Notes under the pieces: model-generated | The model's database searches: none | The model's input: the letters and a program-made list of their open reading frames with translations, nothing else | What the model was told of the DNA's origin: nothing | In this document: piece after piece, positions 26,301 through 38,300 of the stretch | Layout of the letters: each line of letters starts with the position of its first letter | Numbering within the stretch: the stretch's first letter is position 1 | DNA from: Antedon mediterranea | Taxonomy: Eukaryota > Animalia > Echinodermata | Assembly: GCF_964355755.1 (NCBI RefSeq) | Contig: NC_092674.1 | Location: forward strand, 31,744,001-31,808,000 | Length of the DNA stretch: 64,000 nucleotides | Direction of reading: 5' to 3' | Program-made: the position numbers and the translations under genes

Positions 26301-29300
26301 TGAATTTGCTTCTCTACTTATTTGTGTAGTTTGATGTCTTGATACTGCTGTATATATACTGAATTTGCTTCTCTATTTATTTGTGTAGTTTGAAGTCTTG
26401 ATACTGCTGTATATATACTGAATTTGCTTCTCTATTTATTTGTGTAGTTTGATGTCTTGATACTGCTGTATATGTACTGAATTTGCTTCTCTATTTATTT
26501 GTGTAGTTTGAAGTCTTGATACTGCTGTATATGTACTGAATTTGCTTCTCTATTTATTTGTGTAGTTTGTAGTCTTGATACTGCTGTATATGTACTGAAT
26601 TTGCTTCTCTATTTATTTGTGTAGTTTGTAGTTTGTAGTCTTGATACTGCTGTATATGTACTCAATTTGCTTCTCTATTTATTTGTGTAGTTTGTAGTCT
26701 TGATACTGCTGTATATGTACTGAATTTGCTTCTCTATTTATTTGTGTAGTTTGAAGTCTTGATACTGCTGTATATGTACTGAATTTGCTTCTCTATTTAT
26801 TTGTGTAGTTTGAAGTCTTGATACTGCTGTATATGTACTCAATTTGCTTCTCTATTTATTTGTGTAGTTTGTAGTCTTGATACTGCTGTATATGTACTGA
26901 ATTTGCTTCTCTATTTATTTGTGTAGTTTGAAGTCTTGATACTGCTGTATATGTACTCAATTTGCTTCTCTATTTATTTGTGTAGTTTGTAGTCTTGATA
27001 CTGCTGTATATGTACTGAATTTGCTTCTCTATTTATTTGTGTAGTTTGTAGTCTTGATACTGCTGTATATGTACTCAATTTGCTTCTCTATTTATTTGTG
27101 TAGTTTGTAGTCTTGATACTGCTGTATATGTACTGAATTTGCTTCTCTATTTATTTGTGTAGTTTGAAGTCTTGATACTGCTGTATATGTACTGAATTTG
27201 CTTCTCTATTTATTTGTGTAGTTTGAAGTCTTGATACTGCTGTATATGTACTGAATTGCTTCTCTATTTATTTGTGTAGTTTGAAGTCTTGATACTGCTG
27301 TATATGTACTGAATTTGCTTCTCTACTTATTTGTGTAGTTTGATGTCTTGATACTGCTGTATATATACTGAATTTGCTTCTCTATTTATTTGTGTAGTTT
27401 GAAGTCTTGATACTGCTGTATATATACTGAATTTGCTTCTCTATTTATTTGTGTAGTTTGATGTCTTGATACTGCTGTATATGTACTGAATTTGCTTCTC
27501 TATTTATTTGTGTAGTTTGTAGTCTTGATACTGCTGTATATGTACTGAATTTGCTTCTCTATTTATTTGTGTAGTTTGTAGTCTTGATACTGCTGTATAT
27601 GTACTGAATTTGCTTCTCTATTTATTTGTGTAGTTTGAAGTCTTGATACTGCTGTATATGTACTGAATTTGCTTCTCTATTTATTTGTGTAGTTTGTAGT
27701 CTTGATACTGCTGTATATGTACTGAATTTGCTTCTCTATTTATTTGTGTAGTTTGTAGTTTGTAGTCTTGATACTGCTGTATATGTACTCAATTTGCTTC
27801 TCTATTTATTTGTGTAGTTTGTAGTCTTGATACTGCTGTATATGTACTGAATTTGCTTCTCTATTTATTTGTGTAGTTTGAAGTCTTGATACTGCTGTAT
27901 ATGTACTCAATTTGCTTCTCTATTTATTTGTGTAGTTTGAAGTCTTGATACTGCTGTATATGTACTCAATTTGCTTCTCTATTTATTTGTGTAGTTTGTA
28001 GTCTTGATACTGCTGTATATGTACTGAATTTGCTTCTCTATTTATTTGTGTAGTTTGAAGTCTTGATACTGCTGTATATGTACTGAATTTGCTTCTCTAT
28101 TTATTTGTGTAGTTTGTAGTCTTGATACTGCTGTATATGTACTCAATTTGCTTCTCTATTTATTTGTGTAGTTTGTAGTCTTGATACTGCTGTATATGTA
28201 CTGAATTTGCTTCTCTATTTATTTGTGTAGTTTGAAGTCTTGATACTGCTGTATATGTACTGAATTTGCTTCTCTATTTATTTGTGTAGTTTGAAGTCTT
28301 GATACTGCTGTATATGTACTGAATTGCTTCTCTATTTATTTGTGTAGTTTGAAGTCTTGATACTGCTGTATATGTACTGAATTTGCTTCTCTACTTATTT
28401 GTGTAGTTTGATGTCTTGATACTGCTGTATATATACTGAATTTGCTTCTCTATTTATTTGTGTAGTTTGAAGTCTTGATACTGCTGTATATATACTGAAT
28501 TTGCTTCTCTATTTATTTGTGTAGTTTGATGTCTTGATACTGCTGTATATGTACTGAATTTGCTTCTCTATTTATTTGTGTAGTTTGAAGTCTTGATACT
28601 GCTGTATATGTACTGAATTTGCTTCTCTATTTATTTGTGTAGTTTGTAGTCTTGATACTGCTGTATATGTACTGAATTTGCTTCTCTATTTATTTGTGTA
28701 GTTTGTAGTTTGTAGTCTTGATACTGCTGTATATGTACTCAATTTGCTTCTCTATTTATTTGTGTAGTTTGTAGTCTTGATACTGCTGTATATGTACTGA
28801 ATTTGCTTCTCTATTTATTTGTGTAGTTTGAAGTCTTGATACTGCTGTATATGTACTGAATTTGCTTCTCTATTTATTTGTGTAGTTTGAAGTCTTGATA
28901 CTGCTGTATATGTACTCAATTTGCTTCTCTATTTATTTGTGTAGTTTGTAGTCTTGATACTGCTGTATATGTACTGAATTTGCTTCTCTATTTATTTGTG
29001 TAGTTTGAAGTCTTGATACTGCTGTATATGTACTCAATTTGCTTCTCTATTTATTTGTGTAGTTTGTAGTCTTGATACTGCTGTATATGTACTGAATTTG
29101 CTTCTCTATTTATTTGTGTAGTTTGTAGTCTTGATACTGCTGTATATGTACTCAATTTGCTTCTCTATTTATTTGTGTAGTTTGTAGTCTTGATACTGCT
29201 GTATATGTACTGAATTTGCTTCTCTATTTATTTGTGTAGTTTGAAGTCTTGATACTGCTGTATATGTACTGAATTTGCTTCTCTATTTATTTGTGTAGTT

Positions 29301-32300
29301 TGAAGTCTTGATACTGCTGTATATGTACTGAATTGCTTCTCTATTTATTTGTGTAGTTTGAAGTCTTGATACTGCTGTATATGTACTGAATTTGCTTCTC
29401 TACTTATTTGTGTAGTTTGATGTCTTGATACTGCTGTATATATACTGAATTTGCTTCTCTATTTATTTGTGTAGTTTGAAGTCTTGATACTGCTGTATAT
29501 ATACTGAATTTGCTTCTCTATTTATTTGTGTAGTTTGATGTCTTGATACTGCTGTATATGTACTGAATTTGCTTCTCTATTTATTTGTGTAGTTTGTAGT
29601 CTTGATACTGCTGTATATGTACTGAATTTGCTTCTCTATTTATTTGTGTAGTTTGTAGTCTTGATACTGCTGTATATGTACTGAATTTGCTTCTCTATTT
29701 ATTTGTGTAGTTTGAAGTCTTGATACTGCTGTATATGTACTCAATTTGCTTCTCTATTTATTTGTGTAGTTTGTAGTCTTGATACTGCTGTATATGTACT
29801 GAATTTGCTTCTCTATTTATTTGTGTAGTTTGTAGTCTTGATACTGCTGTATATGTACTGAATTTGCTTCTCTATTTATTTGTGTAGTTTGAAGTCTTGA
29901 TACTGCTGTATATGTACTGAATTTGCTTCTCTATTTATTTGTGTAGTTTGTAGTCTTGATACTGCTGTATATGTACTGAATTTGCTTCTCTATTTATTTG
30001 TGTAGTTTGTAGTCTTGATACTGCTGTATATGTACTCAATTTGCTTCTCTATTTATTTGTGTAGTTTGTAGTCTTGATACTGCTGTATATGTACTGAATT
30101 TGCTTCTCTATTTATTTGTGTAGTTTGAAGTCTTGATACTGCTGTATATGTACTGAATTTGCTTCTCTATTTATTTGTGCACCTTTTGTAGTGTCACACA
30201 TCTTTTTATGTGGGAAATATATTTCAGCTATTTGTTATATTTTATTTCTTTTTTTTGTTTCTTTGTTGCAGTGTTGGATCATGTGAAACATCTCTTAGAT
30301 CTGCTGGTGGTTCGTGGTCTGTTAGAAGACCAAAGACACCTGATACATCAATGAAAACATCCCCTAGATCTGCTGGTGGGCCGTGGTCTATTAGAAGATC
30401 AAAGACCCCTGAAGCATCAATAAAGAAAAAATGGAACACAGCTAAGGTAAACAAACAATCCAATGATTTCTTGAATATGTATAATTTCTACATCTATTAC
30501 ATGTTTCAGATGGTAGATTGATTAAATCCAATAATTTTATTTTTAGCCCAGTGATCATAATCAACGTGTTCCGCAAGCAGCTAGTCATGTGACCACAATG
30601 ATCCACCCACAGACAATAGCTTCAATGGTAGTTGTCAATCATCTTGGAACTGGGAAACGTCGACTAAGATCTCGAATGGGGAATATTAATGGCATGTTCT
30701 TGGACGATGTGAGTAACATTGTATGTATAGATACACATTAAAATTTGAATTTCTAAAATGTTTACTACAATTTTAACAATAACTACAGTATTATGAAATC
30801 AAGTTTTCCAATTCAATTTCTTTTTTTTAAGGAGGTTTCTGATATTGCTGGGAGCATGGAGTTTGTTCCCATCATTAACCCTGCTCCTATTCAAGGTACT
30901 TTTTAGTAATTAATTTTAAAACATTATGCTGGTTAACTAATGATATAATTATGTTGATAATTATAGTTTATGAGCACCGTTAAATTTGTTGGTTTTCTGT
31001 TTCAGGTCGGGCACAGAACAACACTGGCAGGTAATTGTATTGTATTATTACTACTGTTCATTTATTCATTTCTATAATTTTTTGAAAATGTTCGAAAACC
31101 AATTCTGTTCTTTGATATAGGGAAAACCATGATGTAGATCAAAATGATAATTCAGAGAATGGTGAGGGTGGTGACTCTGTAATTGATGACATTGATAGTA
31201 GCAGGATAAGTACAGCGCCCTCACTAACATCGGAGATTGGTCATTTGGATGAAACAAATGAACTTGATTATCACATAAATGGAGAGCATGCATCTCCCGC
31301 AGACAAAGTAGTTGAAACAGAAAAACAATATTCTGTATCAGTTAATACACCCTCACAATTAACAGAAGGAATCTATTGTAAAAACATGTCAGAAACAGAC
31401 TCCAAGAATATCAGGGAACAATTTTTAGAGAATTTATGCCATCAAGAGGATTTGTTTGTTGTAAATGATGGATTGAGAGAGGAGAAAGACGAAACAAGTA
31501 GCTATTGGAGTACAAATGAGGTTGAAGGTACAAGTAGCTATTGGAGTACAAATGAGGTTGAAGGTACAAGTAGCTATTGGAGTACAAATGAGGTTGAAGG
31601 TACAAGTAGCTATTGGAGTACAAATGAGGTTGAAGGTAGTGAAAAATAGAAGCGGGCTCATAAATGCACTGATACACTAATTTGTTATGCTTCAGTTATT
31701 TATTTTGTTATTTTTGTTACATTATTATTATTATGTTTTTTAATAACATTTAATGATTTCATTTGTTTTGCATTTGCATCATTGCACCATGTCATTCACT
31801 TTTGCTTTGAGACCATCTCACACAAAGAATGTAAGAAGCTGATTTATTTGCTCATTACCCTGCAGTCAATCATGCTACATGTTTTGTGTGTATTGTCAGG
31901 AATTTTATATTATAACTTGATAATGTTAACATAATTTATCCATCAAAATATCATGAACCAATTGCTTTTAAATATCATTTCAAGATAAAATATAGGCAAT
32001 GTTTAATGCTTAATGAAAAAATGAAAACCATCTAGTTGACAGAGGCATTAATATATTATGTTTAAACCAGGTACAGTATGAACATTAACATTTTTTTGAA
32101 TTATTGGATGGTTATCAGCTATTAAACTTGCATGCTTTAATTTGTTTGTTTTTAAGTTTAGTTATGTGTTTTATGCCGGACATTTGGTATCATACTCACT
32201 AAGTTAGCTAGTAATGGTTACTTGACCATACGTTTATGGAGTACTGACAGTTGATGGATTTTATCTGTCGCTTTAAACGTCAAACACTTATTTGTAAATA

Positions 32301-35300
32301 ATTGATTTTTTTAGCACTTTATTCAATATTTCATTATTTAAACATTATAATAATTGCTTTGTAACTATATTCATATCATGTTGTGTTACTTGTATAGCAT
32401 TTTGCACCAAATTCTCTTAAAGACCAGGTGCAGGCCTTTGATCATAGTACTGTATCACTTAGGTTTGGGGATAGATAACCCAGTAAATAATTCCTATTCA
32501 TATGTACATACACATTGTAACAGTGTGTGAAAAAACAGATGACTATACTGTTCTGCGCTAAGTATAGCTAGTAAACATGTCATAACTAAATATATTTTAT
32601 AAACATAATTGAAGAAGTAATACCAATTGCAGTTTTAATGATTGTACAGTAAAAACGTTAAATGTGTCTGTAAAGCAGTAAATAATCCCTTTTAAGTAGA
32701 AAATGGACACTCAAAACTGCAGCAGTCTGTTGGATCACAATTGTTTTATATGGAAGAACCTAAGCTGCCGAGCAGAACATTGACGTGTGGACAAAAAAGA
32801 GAAGTAAAACTGCAAACAGATCATGACAAAAGTGAAATGAGATTTCATGGTGAAGGATTTATACCATCAGGTAAGTACTGTTTATACTGTTATTAAATTG
32901 TTAAATGATTGGAAGTTGTATGAAGGAAAGTATGTTTTTAGTTGTAGTGGACAGTTTAGTATCACTACAGTATATCCAGGAGTTTGTAGTGTAGGAAGCA
33001 TTTATAAGGTAAGGCCAAGTAAGATGAGGAATAATCTTTTACTGTACATTGTTTTATAATTATTATTTTAGTGTATATAGGACTGACAGATGAACACAGA
33101 ACAGCATTGATGACACATCCAACAGGGGTTGCTAAGTCTATGCTTAAGTTTGATGTCATGATGCCTCATGTACAAAAGATGCCCCTGACACCAAGGAAGA
33201 GTTCACAAACAACAAGTCCAGTTAGCAATAATTCATCTAGCCATCAATATTTACCTACTTCAAGTGGAAAATCTAGCCTTCATTCATCACCAAATTCAAA
33301 TGAAAATGTTTGTTGTCAATCATTACTGATGCAGGTCCCCAGCCCTGAGCAAACCAGTAGGGTTGTTTCTTCATCACCCTCAGGTTTTGATCATCTTTAT
33401 CTAGAAGAATATTCAACTAAAAAACAACAATTCAAACTAAAAGATAATCAAAAAATGCCTCCACAGATTCTTATCAAACGACCGTCTTCTGCCCCTGTTT
33501 TTAATAATTCTGAGCCTGATGCAATGAATATGTTTAGACCTGTTTCACCAGATAATCAGTCCACCCGTGGAAGAAGGTTGAATTCCCCTCATTTAGCTGT
33601 GTCATCACCTGTTGCTGTACGACCTACATCTGCAAGAGCTAAGCTTAGAGGAAAGGAATGGAATGGTCGACCTTTACCTATTTTTGGAGCTTCAAAAGTA
33701 ATTTTATAATGCATAACATACAATAATAAATATATAATATACTGTATGAGGTACAGCAGATATTGCTAAATGTTAAAAGGAACACATTCTTCATGATCTA
33801 GTGCGGTATGAAACTCAACTTAGTCTCACGACGATCTTATTGTTTTCTACTAGGTTAGAGATGATTTGGCTGTACAAAGAAGTAAACAAGCCAGGGAGTC
33901 TGTGAACATCCGACACCTGTTTTCAAATAAGGCAAGTAGGCAGTACTTGAAGGAGAAGGAACGTCATGAACGATTGAAATGGGAGAAAATGCAACGCAAG
34001 AATGAGGACGATTTTAGGTAAAACATAACACATGGCCACTATGTGTGCAAAACTCCAGTTTACACTAGTGTCATAATTATACACAATGTATTAAATAGTC
34101 AGTAGTTGTTTTAAATCTACTATTCTGTTGTAGAATAAACCAAGAGGAATTGTGGAATAGGAATTTAGCACTTATGAATCGTGGGGACATAGCATACCGT
34201 AATTGGGAGAAAGAATATATGGCAGATAAAGCACAACGTGAAAAGATGAGACTTCAAAAGATGAATGTTCTGTTGCACAAGTAGGTATCAATATCGTAGA
34301 CTTTTCAATCTTATATTTTAAATAATAGTTAATATCTGCATTTACTTAAATTTATATTAAATATACTGTATGTACTGTATACTGTATATCATAATATATT
34401 TTCAGGCAAGCTCTTCAGAATAGGAAGGCACTTGCATACCTAAAGCGCATTGGACCCCATGTTGATGTCTGGGAGTAAGTATTCCTTGAAATTAAATTGT
34501 ATGTTGATATTACATTAATATTTAGTTTCATTAGTATTAGTATTTAAATGAGTAGTTTTTGACTGAAGTGTTTTACTTGTTGGTAGGTTGTTTCATGGAG
34601 AGAAACGAGGAATCAGTAAAGTACAAATGAAATGTGCTGCTATAACACTGCAGAAGTAAGTTTTTGTACACATACAAAGATTACAGAATTTTTGAAACAT
34701 ACATTCAAATATTTAAAGAAACATATTTAAGAGTACCATGATCACAATATTATGTTGCAAAAATAATTCATTAGAAAAAATGTATTCAATTTATCGCAAC
34801 AAATCAAAATAACTGAACATTGTGATCGCTACCAATCCCCTTTGATTCGTGACATTCACATTATCCTATATGTAAACATTGTGATCAATACCAATTCCCC
34901 TTTGATTTGTGACATTCACATTGTCTTATATGTAAACATTGTGATCGCTACCAATCCCCTTTGATTTGTGACATTCACATTGTCTTATATGTAAACATTG
35001 TGATCGCTACCAATCCCCTTTGATTTGTGACATTCATATTATCTTATATGTAAACATTCTGATCAATACCAATCCCCTTTGATTTGTGACATTCACATTG
35101 TCTTATATGTAAACATTGTGATCGCTACCAATCCCCTTTGATTTGTGACATTCACATTATCTTATATGTAAACATTGTGATCAATACCAATCCCATTTGA
35201 TTTGTGACATTCACATTATCTTATATATAAACATTGTGATCAATACCAATCCCCTTTGATTTGTGACATTCACATTGTCTTATATGTAAACATTGTGATC

Positions 35301-38300
35301 GCTACCAATCTTACCTTTGATTTGTGACATTCACATTATCTTATATGTAAACATTGTGATCGCTACCAATCCCCTTTGATTTGTGACATTCACATTGTCT
35401 TATATGTAAACATTGTGATCAATACCAATCCCCTTTGATTTGTGACATTCACATTGTCTTATATGTAAACATTGTGATCGCTACCAATCCCCTTTGATTT
35501 GTGACATTCACATTATCTTATATGTAAACATTGTAATCGCTACCAATCCCCTTTCATTTGTGACATTCACATTATCTTATATGTAAACATTGTGATCGCT
35601 ACCAATCCCCTTTGATTTGTGACATTCACATTGTCTTATATGTAAACATTGTGATCAATACCAATCCCCTTTGATTTGTGACATTCACATTGTTTTATAT
35701 GTAAACATTGTGATCGCTACCAATCCCCTTTGATTTGTGACATTCACATTATCTTATATGTAAACATTGTGATCGCTACCAATCCCCTATCATTTGTGAC
35801 ATTCACATTATCTTATATGTAAACATTGTGATCGCTACCAATCCCCTTTGATTTGTGACATTCACATTATCTTATATGTAAACATTGTGATCAATACCAA
35901 TCCCCTTTGATTTGTGACATTCACATTATCTTATATATAAACATTGTGATCGCTACCAATCCCCTTTGATTTGTGACATTCACATTATCTTATATGTAAA
36001 CATTCTGATCAATACCAATCCCCTTTGATTTGTGACATTCACATTGTCTTATATGTAAACATTGTGATCGCTACCAATCCCTTTTGATTTGTGACATTCA
36101 CATTGTCTTATATGTAAACATTGTGATCGCTACCAATCCCCTTTGATTTGTGACATTCACATTATCTTTTATGTAAACATTGTGATCAATACCAATCCCA
36201 TTTGATTTGTGACATTCACATTGTCTTATATGTAAACATTGTGATCAATACCAATCCCCTTTGATTTGTGACATTCACATTGTCTTATATGTAAACATTG
36301 TGATCGCTACCAATCCCTTTTGATTTGTGACATTCACATTGTCTTATATGTAAACATTGTGATCAATACCAATCCCCTTTGATTTGTGACATTCACATTA
36401 TCTTATATGTAAACATTGTGATCGCTACCAATCCCCTTTGATTTGTGACATTCACATTATCTTATATGTCAACATTGTGATCGCTACCAATCCCCTTTGA
36501 TTTGTGACATTCACATTGTCTTATATGTAAACATTGTGATCGCTACCAATCCCCTTTGATTTGTGACATTCACATTATCTTTTATGTAAACATTGTGATC
36601 AATACCAATCCCATTTGATTTGTGACATTCACATTGTCTTATATGTAAACATTGTGATCAATACCAATCCCCTTTGATTTGTGACATTCACATTATCTTA
36701 TATGTAAACATTGTGATCGCTACCAATCCCTTTTGATTTGTGACATTCACATTGTCTTATATGTAAACATTGTGATCAATACCAATCCCCTTTGATTTGT
36801 GACATTCACATTATCTTATATGTAAACATTGTGATCGCTACCAATCCCCTTTGATTTGTGACATTCACATTATCTTATATGTCAACATTGTGATCGCTAC
36901 CAATCCCCTTTGATTTGTGACATTCACATTGTCTTATATGTAAACATTGTGATCGCTACCAATCCCCTTTGATTTGTGACATTCACATCATCTTATATGT
37001 AAACATTGTGATCACTACCAATCCCTTTTGAGTTGTGACATTCACATTATCTTATATGTAAACATTGTGATCGCTACCAATCCCCTTTGATTTGTGACAT
37101 TCACATTATCTTATATATAAACATTGTGATTGCTACCAATCCCCTTTGATTTGTGACATTCACATTATCTTATATATAAACATTGTGATCAATACCAATC
37201 CCCTTTGATTTGTGACATTCACATTGTCTTATATGTAAACATTGTGATTGCTACCAATCCCCTTTGATTTGTGACATTCACATTATCTTATATGTAAACA
37301 TTGTGATCGCTACCAATCCCCTTTGATTTGTGACATTCACATTATCTTATATGTAAACATTGTGATCGCTACCAATCCCCTTTGATTTGTGACATTCACA
37401 TTATCTTATATGTAAACATTGTGATCGCTACCAATCTATTCTTACCTTTGATTTGTGACATTCACATTATCTTATATGTAAACATTGTGATCGCTACCAA
37501 TCTTACCTTTGATTTGTGACATTCACATTATCTTATATGTAAACATTGTGATCAATACCAATCCCCTTTGATTTGTGACATTCACATTATCTTATATGTA
37601 AACATTGTGATTGCTACCAATCCCCTTTGATTTGTGACATTCACATTATCTTATATGTAAACATTGTGATCGCTACCAATCCCCTTTGATTTGTGACATT
37701 CACATTGTCTTATACAGTATGTAAACAGTGTGATCGCTACCAATCCCTTTTGATTTGTGACATTCACATTATCTTATATGTAAACATTGTGATCGCTACC
37801 AATCCCCTTTGATTTGTGACATTCACATTGTCTTATATGTAAACATTGTGATCATATCAATACCAATCTTACCTTTGATTTGTGACATTCACATTATCTT
37901 ATATGTAAACATTGTGATCGCTACCAATCCCCTTTGATTTGTGACATTCACATTATCTTATATATAAACATTGTGCTCAATACCAATCCCCTTTGATTTG
38001 TGACATTCACATTGTCTTATATATAAACATTGTGATCGCTACCAATCCCCTTTGATTTGTGACATTCACATTATCTTATATGTAAACATTGTGATCGCTA
38101 CCAATCCCCTTTGATTTATGACATTCACATTGTCTTATATGTAAACATTGTGATCGCTACCAATCCCCTTTGATTTGTGACATTCACATTATCTTATATG
38201 TAAACATTGTGATCGCTACCAATCCCCTTTGATTTGTGACATTCACATTATCTTATATATAAACATTGTGATCGCTACCAATCCCCTTTGATTTGTGACA

